DNA from: Stegostoma tigrinum | Taxonomy: Eukaryota | DNA length: 64,000 nt | Direction of reading: 5' to 3' | Assembly (NCBI RefSeq): GCF_030684315.1 | Contig: NC_081374.1 | Span: forward strand, 43,488,201 to 43,552,200 | In this document: piece by piece, positions 26,836 through 39,864 of the stretch | How positions within the stretch are numbered: position 1 is the first letter of the stretch | Layout of the letters: every line of letters starts with the position of its first letter | Made by a program: the position numbers and the translations under genes | Notes under the pieces: model-generated | Seen by the model: the letters and a program-made list of their open reading frames with translations, nothing else | What the model was told of the DNA's origin: nothing | Database searches by the model: none

Positions 26836-27000
26836 ATTGCTTTCTTTCAAAGGATGCTGCCAGACCTGCTGTGTGTTTCCAGCGATTTGTTTCTTAGAGT
26901 TTAATCATTCAGTCATTTCTTCACACACAATTATTAATTACCCCAGACTCATGTTTTTATATCTAAAACCTGGATCCAAAATTCAAAAAGTAGACTCAGT

Positions 27001-27060
27001 CTCTCTCCCTCTCCCTCTCCCTCCCCCCTCCCCCTCCCCCTCGCTCTCTCTCCCCCCGCA
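27001..27060. repeat. C/T-rich microsatellite-like tract
   Basis: ctctctccctctccctctccctcccccctcccc... Confidence 0.8.
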
Positions 27061-28574
27061 CACCGCCCCCCCACACATTGATACTGCCTGCCTTGCTGAG
27101 TTTCTCCAGCATCCTCAGTGCTAGTTCTTAATTTTTTAAAACAGAGTCTGTGTTTACTTTATTCTTCGTCCCTCTTAAATATCTATGGAAACTCCTATTT
27201 CTAGCTAGCTTTCTGTTGTCTTTCAACAGATTGGTCAATCTGCCTTTTCCCCCCCTCCCCAAAAACAAAACACTGCCCAAAGTGCAATTGTATGCCTCTT
27301 CTTTAGTAAAAGCAAAATACTGTAGATGCCGTAAATCTGAAACGGGCAGAATGCTGAGGGAATTAAGCAGGCCTGACAGCGCCTGCAGAGAGAAAAACAA
27401 AGTTAACTTTTCAATTCCAGTATGAATTTTTTTTAAAAAAAGAGAAGTCATTCCAAACCTGACATGTTAGCTATTGGACTCAAGGAATCAGATACGTACA
27501 GCACGGAAACAGACCCTTCAATCCAACTTATCCATGCTGACGATATATCTGAAATAATTCTAATTCCATTTGCCAGCATTCGGCCAATGTGCCTCCAAAT
27601 GCTTCCTATTCATATACCAATCAGATACCTTTTAAAATGTTGTAATTGCACCAGTCTCCACCACTTCCTCTTCTTTAAATATGATATAATCTTTAACATT
27701 TTTAGTTAACCACGGATGTTGGGACCATCCATTGGAAATTTTCTTTCTTGCTGGAATGCATCTTTCTGAATTCTGAAATACCTGAACTGATTGCAATTAT
27801 ATCTCTACTGACATCTCCCTAATTCAAAATTTTCCAGTTCACTTTAGCTGGTTCTGTTTTCATGCCTTCATAACTGCCATTATTGGTGTTTAAGATACTA
27901 GTCTTGGTCCACTCCTCTCCTACTTAAACCAAAGGCAAAATTTAAATCATACTATAATTGCTACTGCCAAGAATATTTGCACTATGATGTCATTCAATCC
28001 CATCTCGTTGCACATTACCGAGTCTAGAACACCCTGCTCTCTGGTTGGAGCCAGAAAGTCCTGCTGTAAGAAACTATCCCAAAAAACATTGTCTGAACTG
28101 AAAGTTGTTTTTGCCCATCAAAATTTTCATGTCTATAAAAGTAGATTAAAATCACTCATGATTATCACTGTGTCTTCGAAAAAGCTCCCACTATTCTTTC
28201 CTTACACAACATGCACTGCTCAGTATCTCGGGGCCTAGACACCACTTGCACAACTAACTCCTTGTCATCATTTCTCACCTCGACTAAATACTTCCATATC
28301 CTGGTTTCCTAAACTTAGCCATCCCTCTCTGCTGCACTCAGAGCAAGATCAATTAACAGAGCCACACCCCTAGCATTTCCAAGCCTTTTATCCAATGTAA
28401 ATGTTCTGTGCCCATGAAGTCACATCTGAATTTGCATCAACCTATAACCATGTCTTTACCATGTTTATCAGATCCTACTTGTACACCTGTTTACACTAAT
28501 AGTTTGTTTCAAATGCTACGCACATTCAAATATGGAGCCTTTAAACATCTTTCTTTTTAATATTTTTAAACCTT

Positions 28575-29590
28575 ATTAACATTTGGGCCAGATAAAACGA
28601 ATGGGAATAAACGGCACTTTTCCAGGTTGGCAACCTATGACCACTGGGGTTTTACAGGGATCAATGCTTGGACCACATATAGTAATGATTTGGAAGAAGA
28701 AAGCGAATATACTGTAGCTGAATTTGTAGATGATATAAAAATAATCAGAAAGGCAGGTTGTGAGAGGATACAAAACAGAGATATTGGTACATTAAGTGGG
28801 AAAGAAATTAGCAAATACATATAACATGGGAAAATGTGAAGTTGCCCATTTTGAAACAAAAAACACATCTAAATACAGAAAAACAGCAGAAACCTGCAAT
28901 ACAAAATGACATGGGGGTACTTCCATATGAAACACTCCCACCTCATAGACACAACAGGTAATCAGGAACAATAATGGATTGTTGGTCCTCATTTCAAGGG
29001 GATTGGAGTATAAGAGTAGCGGAATCTTAGTGCAACTATATAAGGTGTTGGAGAGATCACATCTAGAGCAAGTTTGATACCCTTAAGAAAGGTATTATTT
29101 CACTGGAGGCAGTTCAGAGAAGGTTCATGAGGATGATCCTGGTTATGGAGGGATTGTTTTATGAGTAAAGATTAAGCAGGTTGGGAGCTACTCATTGGAA
29201 TTTTGAAGAATGAGATGTGATCTCATCGAAAGTATAGGATTCTTAACAAGCCTGAGGGTAAATGATGAGAAGATGTTACAACTCATGGGGGAGTTGAAGA
29301 CCAGAGGCTACAGTCTTAGAATTAAGGGTCGCAGATTTAAAATTGAGAAGCGGAGGAATTCCTTCTCTCAGAGGGTTTAGTGTCTTTGAGTCCTTGCCAT
29401 GGACAGGTGTCAGCGCAGAGTCCTTGTGTACATTTGAAGGTAGAGATAAACTCTTGATCAGTAGGGAAATTAAGGATTATGGGGAAAGGGCAGGAAAGTG
29501 TCAGATGTCAGATCAGCCATGATTCTAATGAATGGCCAACAGGCGAAGGGTCAGAACAGCTTACCCCCGTTCCTATTTCTTATGGTCTTA
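28575..29590 (+). mobile_element. CR1 LINE 3' fragment
   Basis: ORF 28627..28824 contains NDLEE...EFVDDIKI; 3' UTR tcagatcagccatgattcta...cctatttcttatggtctta. Confidence 0.8.
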
Positions 29591-31371
29591 CACATTTACT
29601 CTGGATTTAGATTTTCCGTTCCCTCCTATGTCACTATTTGTTATTTTCCATATTCATACTTTTCTTTCTTGCGTTGCCCATACTGATTTACAGAACTTCA
29701 CAAAATTTAATTCCTTGCCATGACAATAGTTTAAAACTTTCTCCACTTCCCCTGTTATTCAGTTCACTAGGACATTTTCCCAGGCATGATTCAGATGTAG
29801 ACCATCCCACCCATATGGATCCCATCTTTCCCAGTACTGATGGAAGTACCTCATGAACTGGGTCACGCATTTCCAAAACTTCTCATTCACCCAACATTCA
29901 TTTCTCGAATCTTACTTGCTCTATGTCAATTCTCTAGTGGATTAGCTAATACTGTGCAATTTTTCAGCTCCCAGTCTCCTGGAGGCTGGCAAAATTCAAA
30001 CTGGGAAGCAGCATCCCACTCCCCTCCTCACCAAACTCTCAGGTTTGCACTTCACAACAATTGCACTCCAATCTTCCTTCTTCATTATTCAAATTGCTGG
30101 CAGTTAGAGTTGGATTAGATCAGATCCACAATTTTTATATCTCCATTACAGTCCAGTAGACAGCTTGCTTAGCCCTGCCCAAGATTAACGAAAGTTAAAA
30201 TTTAACAGTCAGTCAATCAAGGTTAAATCATTTTCACATACCTTCCTTTTTGTTCTTTTCTCATAACACCCATTTACTTGCTTAAAACCTCTTATATGAC
30301 TAAATTTTCCTAATTCTAATGAAATGATATCAACTTGAAACGTTAACTCTTTCACCCCTCAGAGATATTGTCTGACCAGCAGAATATTTCCAGCATCCAC
30401 AGGATTTTGCTTTTGTTCTCCTGAGAGAATTACATTTTTATTATTTGATCAAATTCCTTTGACTTACTGTCTTTAATTGAATGAGAAGTTTCATGTCAAT
30501 ACTGGAGTGTCGTCTGCACTCATTTCAGGTGGTCACCACTGTTTTTTTTAGAAAGAAGTCCTGTAAAATTCAGCAGTGGCTCAGTCATACCTGCAGACCA
30601 TGAACAAGCCATAGCACCAAATGTGGTCACAAACAAAAGCAGAAAAATTGCTGGAAAAGCTCACCAAGCCTGGCCACATCGGAGAAGAGAAATCAGTGTT
30701 AATATTTCAGGTCTGGTGACCCTTTGAGACCATTTGCACTAATAAATATCGAGCTTATGATTTCAAGATCAACAGTGCAATAACCAAAAGGGCATTTTTT
30801 AAAAAAATCAATAAGGGAGCTAAAGTTATGGCATCAGGTAAGAAAGTGGAGTTATGGCCATTTTCAAATCAACCATGGCCTTACTGAATGGAGCAGCAGA
30901 ATCAATAGGCCAAATGGCTTAATCCTACTTCTATTTCTTGCCTTATGTTTTGTGTCTATTATGAATCATGAACTTGGGTTGATTGGTTGATCAATTGATT
31001 AATTTGGTTCTCTATCTTTCTTGGCATATGCATGGAAATATTCTGGAAAATCAATACAAAAATATTTAAAGAAAATACAAAAAATAAGCACTGTATACAG
31101 CAAGTATTTGATTATATGGGAGCAAGTCATAAACATCAACCATTTAAATTAAAATATTCACAAAGTCAGAAATAAAGCAAAAGCAAAATACTGTGAAAAG
31201 TAAGCTTCAACTCTTTTGAATGGATTACATTTTTAAACAGGAGATCAAATAGGGATGCTACTTGCACAAAGAGCTGAGAAAATTACTCAGGTGTCTTGAC
31301 AAACAGTGTTATTGCCACAATGTCATAAACACACATAACAAACCAAGCAAAATTACAGGAAAATTATTTCA

Positions 31372-31703
31372 TTTCATTCACTGGATGTGACCGTCACTGG
31401 TTAGGTCAGCATTTACTGCTTGCTCCTAGATTGCCCAGAGGGCAGTTGAGAGTCAACCATATTGCTGTGGGCCTGGAATCACATGTAGGTGAGACCAGAT
31501 AAGAGTGACACATTTCATTCCCTGAAAGGACATTAGTGAACCAAATGGGTTTTTCTGACAACTGACACTGATGGCATAGTGATTATTAGATTCCTAATTT
31601 TAGGCTTCATTGGATTCAAATTCCACCATTTGCCACGGCAGGATTCAAACCCAAGTGCCCAGAACACAACTTGAGTTTCTGGATTAATAGCCTAGTGATA
31701 ATA
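31372..31703 (-). mobile_element. SINE family 2 (tRNA-like head, possibly SacSINE1-like), best copy
   Basis: Minus strand: tattatcactaggctattaatccag...gggtttgaatcc (B box)...3' tail gggcaatctagg...aaatgctgacc...acatccagtgaatgaa, shared with LINE family 2. The family name is from recollection only. Confidence 0.65.
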
Positions 31704-32577
31704 TTGAAAATATTATAATATGAAATCGTGATAATAATAACATTCTGTAATTGCTGTTTCAAAGTTATTTTACTCATTATTTATCAATAGCAGTTGATCA
31801 TTATTTCTATTAATTAACCTCAAAGCGTTAGTTGACTGGCTGCAAAGACAGGAAGTACATATTGTCCAGATCAGAACACCGTAACATCCAGGTAGATCCT
31901 CAGGCTATTTTTAATAGACACCTCAGACCTTGATCATCACAATCCCCTGAGTAATTAGTTTTCTTCTTACTTTCTGAATGCACACGTTGTCCTTTTGGAA
32001 CTCAAACTATTAACTAGCAGAAAAAAGGTTTCTGTTTTTGGAGTTGTGCTAGAACACCCTCAAAATTCAAATTTCTGACACTAGAGCACTACTATTCCTG
32101 TTGGAGACAGCCAATAGTTGCTGGTGCTTGGCGGCAACATTATCTATCAGCACCTGGTAGTGTATGTCATAGAATAGCTGCAGATGAACAACAGTGGATG
32201 AGAGAGGATAGCACAAGACGGAAGAGTACGCATACGTGACAAACCTACTGGTAGGAGTAGCTACAAACAGCAGCAACTATATGATGGGACGACCGCCACC
32301 TGCGGCAGGCAGTCCACCAACGTAAAACATTTTTTTGTACCAAATGCAGAGGTCAAAACAATTCACAGTGGATATAAATTTGGGAGTAGCATGCTGCAAA
32401 AATATTGTGCAGTCCAGAAAAAATTAAAATCATCAGGAGCCTTCTAATATGATAAATAAACACAATGCAAAAAATTAATACCTGGTTAAAATCATTTGAA
32501 TTTTACATGCATGTTGGTCAACAAAGAGTCAAATAAACACTAAGGATGATCAGACTTGTTTTCCCATTATCACTCAC

Positions 32578-32675
32578 CTCAGGTAGTACTGCTTCAAAGC
32601 AAAAGCCGCATTGGCGCAACCTCTTGGAAAGTTGAACTCCTCCAAAAGATCTGCCCAGAGACCCTTATCCGTTAC
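32578..32675 (-). CDS. ARID2: ARID2-like gene, coding exon equivalent to ARID2 exon 3 (ARID domain C-terminal part)
   Basis: Minus strand reads ttttcag|GTAACGGAT...TACCTGAG|gtgagtg; 98 bp; translates [32 protein letters not shown](R). Resembles recalled ARID2 [33 protein letters not shown]. Ends in phase 2, compatible with the exon at 4082-4215. Symbol denotes family; orthology is uncertain. Confidence 0.93.
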
Positions 32676-33684
32676 CTGAAAAAGTAAATGCAGGCACATA
32701 ATGATTGTGAAAAACACAATAATCAGTCAGTAGAGTGCTAAGGTAGCTGAAGATGAGGTGCTAATACATTTTTCACATCATTTGTTAAATTTCATATCTT
32801 AATTACAATATTGACAATTGATAGAACTTCACTCTCACTTCTGATCTATGCTGATTTTTTCTTCCAAAGCCTCAGAGTGTTGAGAGCGAATTTTCTAGCT
32901 AATTTCATTAGGAGTACAAATTTATGTAAAACAAAAATATTATTACTGCTGGAAATTTGAAAGTAAAAACATAAGCTGGGAACAGTCAGTCAGTGAATTT
33001 AGCAGAACCTATGGAGGAAGAAAGAGTTAACTTTTCAGATTAATGACCCTTCTCCCTCTGTGAATGCTGTCTAAACTGAGTAGATGCAGACGTTGTGAGA
33101 TACTATACCGATAATTTTTTTTTAAAAATGTGCAAGTTCTCAATGGATGTCAGGTTTTACCTACACTACTGGTTTATGGAAGAAAATACTGGCACATAAA
33201 TGAAATACTGTGTCACTAACACACACTTTTACTCCTTCCCTGATGTCCATCTAATAAAAGGTTAAGGATAATAATTATTTACATTGGTAGTTGTAAAACA
33301 AGCCAATTAACGCTTCAAGTCCAACTGGATTTTTGAAGCTTTACCAACGACATTACTTATTTCAAGTTCCAAAAGAATAATTTTGCATCAGGACCTCCAT
33401 GTCAAAAGCCAATTTGCTAACTTTAAATTCAACCTGATGGACACGAACAGATTTTAAGCCAACTACTCAAACCCAGCAATAAGCCGCAATGTAATTATGA
33501 AAGATTTTAAAAGAACACAACACAGGCCCTATTGTGATAATATTTTGTTATGCTTCAGGGACACTAATACCTCAGTTTAAAGCTGTAGTGTCTCCAGTCT
33601 CTAGTTTTCTTACATTACAAATATTTAAATTGATTTCACAAGGTTTACTCATTTTCGGAGCCTGCGAGTGTACATACAAATATA

Positions 33685-33883
33685 AGACAACAAGGTGTAG
33701 AGTTGGAAGAACACAGCAGGCCAAGCAGTATCACAGCAGCAGGACAGCTGACATTTCAGAAAAGGAGGGTCTAGGGCCGAAACGTTAGCTCTCGTGCTCC
33801 TATGCTGCTGCTTGGCCTGCTGTGTTCATCCAGCTCTACACCTTGTTGTCTCGGATTCTCCAGCATCTGCAGTTCCTACTATC
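33685..33883 (+). mobile_element. Short Penelope-family palindromic element
   Basis: Inverted arm agacaacaaggtgtagagttgg.. pairs with ..ccagctctacaccttgttgtct; contains gggtctagggccgaaacgtt; tail ccagcatctgcagttcctactatc; flanked by tacatacaaatata (33671) and tacatgtaaatata (33884). Confidence 0.82.
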
Positions 33884-35759
33884 TACATGTAAATATAGAT
33901 GAGTTAGTAATAGGTTCATAACATAGATGCTTAGTTGTATGCTTATGAAAATGTTTACCCATTCTTACCAAACAAATAAGAGAAACAGAACATTTAGCTC
34001 CACAAGCTTGCTCCACCATTCAATAAGATTGTTGCTGATCTGCTTGTGTTTTGAATTCCACATTCCTACTTAGCCCTGACAAATTTTGATTCCCTTACCT
34101 AACAACCTAAATTTTAACACAGTGACCCTCATTCTGGACCGACCGACAAGGGAACATTCTTTACACATCACCTTGTCAAGACCATCTTAAAAAAATCAAT
34201 TACTGCTCTGAACTAGACAGTGAAAACTCAGCCTGTCCAAACTACCTTCGTAAGACACTCACTTAGTCTAACGCCTTCTACAAAACAGATGTCAAGCGAC
34301 CTGGCCTATAATTCCTATTTTTGGCAGCCTCTCTTCTTGAATTGAGGGGTTATATTTGTTACTTCCCAGTTTGGTTGAATCTTTCCAAATCTGAATAATT
34401 TTGGAAAAATCTGCTGACACCAAACATCCAACGTTAAATAATGATTGCGCATGTTCAGCTCAGATTTTCTTAACTAAAAATATGAATACAAAAGCAAATT
34501 TAAAAAAAATTAAAATAGTATTCTCTATTCACATTTGTTTTTCCTTTTTCAAAGATCCATTAGGTTATTATTTACATTTCAGAGATTTTGCTCCTGGGTG
34601 TTAGCAAACACAGCCTTGTGAAAAATTAACACCTACACATCAGACTGTTGCATGCTAAGTATCCAAGAATGAACGTCATGGTTATTTTCTCAGTTCCAAT
34701 TGGAAGCAAACAAAAACTTCACTGACTGGTAATTTTAGCTACTCTTTCAGCTGCATTCTGACAACATAGGAGGGTACAAGTTGTTTTATAACAAATCATG
34801 AGGGATGCAAACATATTTTGGAACATCTTTCAATCGTGTCCTCCAGAATTAGATATTTGTTCCTTTTTAGGTAGTCAGAATTGCGAACATTACAAAAAAG
34901 TATATCTTTTTGACAATGCCCTTTCAGCTGTCCAAGTTAGAAAGTGTCTTCTCAATTATGGTGTTTGTATGGTGATTCACTAGGCTCTTCTGAGGACTAT
35001 GAGTGGCAAACAGGGATTGTAGGGAGATCCTGACTTCCACTTTCAGGCCATGTGTTATGTTGGGGTTCGAGGCACCATAACAAAATGACACACAACATCT
35101 CAAGAAAACAGAGAACCAGCAATCCATCATTTAGCCTGAATCAATAATAGGAACAATGCCAAATCTATAAAAGAACATCGTAACTTGGCACTTACAATTT
35201 TATAACATGAAAATAACACAGAGTTATTATCTATTTACAAAAAGATAAACATTTTGGCACATTATTAGTTACATACCAAAAAATTCAAGCAAAGGGAAAA
35301 CCATGAATGCCACATATTTGGCTTTGTTTATGGCATTCGATGAGGGACCGCAAGAAAAGGTTCTTCGGCAGATTTCTTGGAATCTCCTTGGAATCAATTC
35401 TGTGACAATACATAATTGAATCATGTACAATGGAGTCAAGTTTGCTGATCTAAGTTCAGAATACATATCAGCAAGTGTATTCATTTTGAAATCTCATATG
35501 TAACTCATGAAAAGCAGGCTAAGAGAGAGGCAAAGAAATTCAAGAAAAGGTTGCCCTGTACAACATTACTTTATGGCTCCTCTATGCTCCAGAACTGAAC
35601 AAGTCTCTCAGCACGGAAAATGGGCAGAATTTGACTGGAGAAGCATGAAGCATGGGATAAAATCCAAGAAGAACTGCTCTTTTAATCAGAAATAGTATCT
35701 CTCCAATCTGGCTATTGCAGCTCAAGACATTTGTCTAAATGTCACAAAAAAAAGTCTTA

Positions 35760-36780
35760 GCAAACCAGGAGTCAATGGGAAGGGGGAAGATACTCTGCTA
35801 GCTAGACGCATACCTAGCACAAACGAAGATAGTTGTGGCTGTTGATAATTAGTCATCTCAATCCCAGTACTTTGTGGCAAGAGCTCCTCAGAATAGTGTC
35901 CCTGACACACTATCTTCAGCTTCTTCTTCAAAGACTTTCCTCTCTATGAGGACAGAAGAGGGAATGATCATGGTACTGCACAATCTGCAACTCTTCAGAT
36001 ACTGATGTAGCCCATGCGAATAGGCATCAAGACCTGGACAACATTCAGGTTCAAGTTGGCAAGTAACAAGCACCATTCACACCAACATAGCCATTGCCTG
36101 GTGTTATCTCCAGCAGGATAGAGTCTAACCATCTCTCCTGGACAGCCAATGATATTACCATTGCTGAGCCCAATATACAACACTGAGGGTTACCATGAAC
36201 AGTGACTGGACCAGCGAAGAGGTGGTCAGATCTTAGGATTTCTGCAGCGAGTACCTCTCCTGTTTCTTTAGTGCCTTTTAGATGGTGGACAGGCACTGAT
36301 CAGGTGTCTGGTTGAACATTTTCAAATTGCCTGGATGAATACAACTCCAACAACACAAGTAGCGAGATACCGTTCAGCACAAAGGAAAAATAGGATAAAT
36401 AATTTTAAAATCAAGATGAAACAATTTCCTTCTGTGGTGACAGTAAGCTGCTGACTTGAAACTTGGGTGTAATGATGCCGGAGTGCTGCTAGGGAGGAAG
36501 TTCCAGCATTTTGACAGTGACAGCAAGAATGGAGATTAGTTTTAAAGGCACAATAGGGGCACACTTGATCAACACTCTGTTCACCACTTTCAACCTTCAT
36601 TCTCTTCACCAGTGACTCACAGTAGCAGCTCTGTGAGCCATCTACAAGATGCACAGCAACAATTCATCCAGGTTTCTTCGAAAGCACCTTTAAAATCCAT
36701 GACCTGACCATGTACAAGCACAAATACAAATGTAGCACCACCATCTGCAAAGTTCCCACCCAACCAACATGGAGTAAAGA
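35760..36780. mobile_element. LINE family 2 fragments in mixed orientation
   Basis: Similarity to 20330-21730 (gagctcctcagaatagtgtccct, tcagatactgatgtagcccatg, catctacaagatgcacagc). Confidence 0.55.
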
Positions 36781-37025
36781 AGGAAAAATAGTTTTTTTTG
36801 GCTGCCTGCCCAATGTAATTGTTTAAAAATATTCTATAATGAAGGTGTTACCCTCGGGAAGGACCTGAAAAGCAAATGTTACGTCCAAAAATCAGCAAGT
36901 AGCCTTCAGGAAACAAATTGACTTCTGCTAATGACAGAAACCTAGGAGGAAAAGTATGCTGTAAAGGAAGATGCCAGAGGCTGCGAAGAGATATAGACTG
37001 AGTGTACTTACGGATGCCATCAGAT

Positions 37026-37340
37026 GATTAGATTCCCTACAGTGTGGAAACAGGCCCTTCAGCCCAACAAGTCCACACCGCCCCTTGGAGCATGCCACCC
37101 AGACCCATCCCCCTATAACACACACACCCCTGAACACTACGGGCAATTTAGCATGGCCAATCCACCTAGCCCGCACATCTTTGGACTGTGGGAGGAAACC
37201 GTAGCACCAGGAGGAAAACCACGCAGACACGGGGAGGATGTGCAAACTCCGCAGAGACAGTCACCCGAGGCTAGAATCGAACCCAGGTCCCTGGTGCTGT
37301 GAGGATGCAGTGCTAACCACTGAGCCACTGTGCTGCCCCA
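37026..37340 (-). mobile_element. HE1-like SINE, full length, young
   Basis: Reverse complement ggggcagcacagtggctcagtggttagc..gggttcgattc..; CR1-like tail tgtttccacactgtagggaatctaatc. Confidence 0.9.
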
Positions 37341-37739
37341 TGAAAAATTTCATATGCACATGCTAAACTCTATTTTTTGTTTAAAATATGTCCACATTTA
37401 TACAATAAAGCTGATCTTCAAAAACCATTTCAGAATTCTATGTAAAGATTTTTTCTCTTCACCTATATATTTTCATTTTCTTTAAAGTTTTCATTTTTAT
37501 TTCAGAGAGTTTGCTACTACTATGCACTCCCCTTAGTGTCAACAAACACAGCCATACAGAAAGATAGAAAAGCAGAATTTTAAGTTCAGTGTGGAAAGTT
37601 ATGGTACCTGTGTCGAGTGATTTAGGGTTCCTGTACACTGGCAATTTTTCATGACTAATGTACTTATAACAAAATTAGAACAATAAACAGTGTAGTCATC
37701 TTTATAACAAAGAAATTGGAGAACAGGAATCAGGAAGGT

Positions 37740-39175
37740 TTTTACTATTGTTGTATAGGTATTTGGTACTGTGAAGTACTGTGTTCTTTAAGTCTCCTTA
37801 CGGCAAGAAGAATCCTCGGAGTGACTGCAACATCCACGCTAGATTCAGTCAATGACTAAGTACAGAGAAATTGAATAGAATTAGCCAATATTCTCTGCAA
37901 TTTAGAGGAAAAAGGTCATCTAGTTAAAACGTAAAAATTTGAGAACAGCTTCAGAAGGTGGATGCTGACAGGCCATTTACACCAGCTGGAAAATCTTGAA
38001 ACTGGGGTCAGAGACAGGATATGGGGTCAGCCATTTCTGTCTGCAGTAAGGGGAGAAGTTCTCATTCAGAGGATTCTGAATCTTTGGAGTTTTTTTCCCC
38101 AATTAGCCTGTGGGTGCTGAGTTGCTGAGTATTTTCAAAATGGATATTAATAATAATGAACACAAAGGGAATCAAGGAATTTGGGGAACGGACAAAAAAA
38201 TGTTCAAGGGTCAAACAGAGCAAGTTACACTGGGCAACAAAGATGGCAGGCCAATTAAATACATATTTTGGTTGTCTTCACAAAGGAGGATACAAATAAC
38301 GTTTCAAACATGTTGATGAGCACAGGGTCCAGTGAGAGGGTGAAAAGGAAGGAAAATCAGCATTAGCAGGGCAATGGCATTGGAGAAATGATGGAATTAA
38401 AAGCTCATGAAATCCTAGTGTCCAATGGTCTACATCCCAGAGTACTTAAAGAAAATCTGGATGCTTTGGCAGTCAATTGTCAAGATTTGAAGACTCTGGA
38501 ATAGATGCCATGGATTGGACGGTAGCTAATGTAACCTCATTATTTAGAAAAAGGAGATAGAGAAAATACAGGGTATAATAGACTGGTTAGCAAGACATCA
38601 CAAGTAGTCAAAAGGCTCGAGTCCAGGATAAAAGATTTAACAGCAGAAAATACTGACAGAATCAGTCTGGATTTATGAAAGGGAAGTCATGCTTGACAGA
38701 TGTATTGGAACTTTGAGGAATATAACTAATAGAGCTGATATGAGGGAGCTAGTGGATGTAGTTTAATTTGGATTTTAAGCAAGTTTTCAATAAGGTCCCA
38801 CAGAAGAGATTAGCATGCGCTAATCTACTGCATCCGATGGAGGGTAATTAGTAGGCAGATAGGAAACAAAGACAGAATATAAAGACACAGGAATAAACAG
38901 TGATCAATAGATTATCAGAGGGTTCGGTGTTTGATCCAAGTTACTGGCAACACATTAATGATTTAGATGTGGGAACTAAACATAATATGGCCATGTCTGC
39001 AGGCAACACAAAGCTGAATGCGAGGGTGAACTCAGAGGAGAATGCAGAGATGCTTTAGTATGAATTGGACAAGTTGAGTGAGTGAGCAAATGCATGGCAG
39101 AAGTGTAATGTGGATAAATGGTGAGATTATCTACTTTGATAGGAAAAGCAGGAAGGTGGATTACCAGAACGATGA
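37740..39175 (+). mobile_element. Two old CR1 LINE fragments
   Basis: ggtctacatcccagagtacttaaag, ggatttatgaaagggaagtcatgcttgac and ttcaataaggtcccaca motifs homologous to 9939-10589. Confidence 0.75.
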
Positions 39176-39694
39176 AAACCTTTGAAAATCTCTGTCCCAG
39201 ACAGCTTTAGTTGTTCAGGAGAGGTAAAAGGCAGTTGTGGCTCCTCTTCCATTTGCAGAAGACGAAGAGGTTGGCTGTGAAAGATTCTGTTAAGTAAGGC
39301 ATGGGACAGGGAAGGCATTGAAAAAGGAGAAACCAGGTGGCAGTATGGTGCTCTGACTTGTGCATTGTTACAAACATGCTCAATATGTAATATTGCATAG
39401 AAGGTTTAAAAAGTCATGAAAAGTTTTGCTTATCCTGCCTTGTAATAACTACTAACATGGTCACGTATGCAGAATGTTGTCTGTGGAAGTAAGATTATCT
39501 GGTTATTAAATATTTTTCTCAAATTTTAAAAGGACATCAGCATTGTCCAATCCCTATTATGATGAGGAGATAAGATCCAGGTAATTCTTCCCCTGGTTAG
39601 TTCATTTTCACCAGTTATTTTCTTGTTTGACTCAACGTATCAATAATCTAACATAGAATGCCTGTTCACATGGTTCATTACATCAAGTGATGCT

Positions 39695-39864
39695 TGTAAC
39701 CCCTGCCCGTGGGGTAGGGGGGCATCATTACGGTCTTATAGTTTCACAAGCTGAAAGTTTGGGGTCAGAAGCTCAGAGGGAGCAATGGCCTCTATGTAGA
39801 GCCACCCCGCTCCTTCCCTCTCAGGTCTCTGTTTGTCACCCTTTGCTCTCACAAAGGGGTTATA
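39695..39864. mobile_element. 170-bp element with 10-bp terminal inverted repeats and 5-bp TSD-like flanks
   Basis: TGTAACCCCT (39695) ... AGGGGTTATA (39855-39864); flanks atgct / attct. Confidence 0.45.

Noticed and set aside
37260-37340. tRNA genes at A-box/B-box sequences
   Set aside because: These are heads of HE1-like SINEs that continue into SINE body and LINE-derived tail; there is no full cloverleaf.
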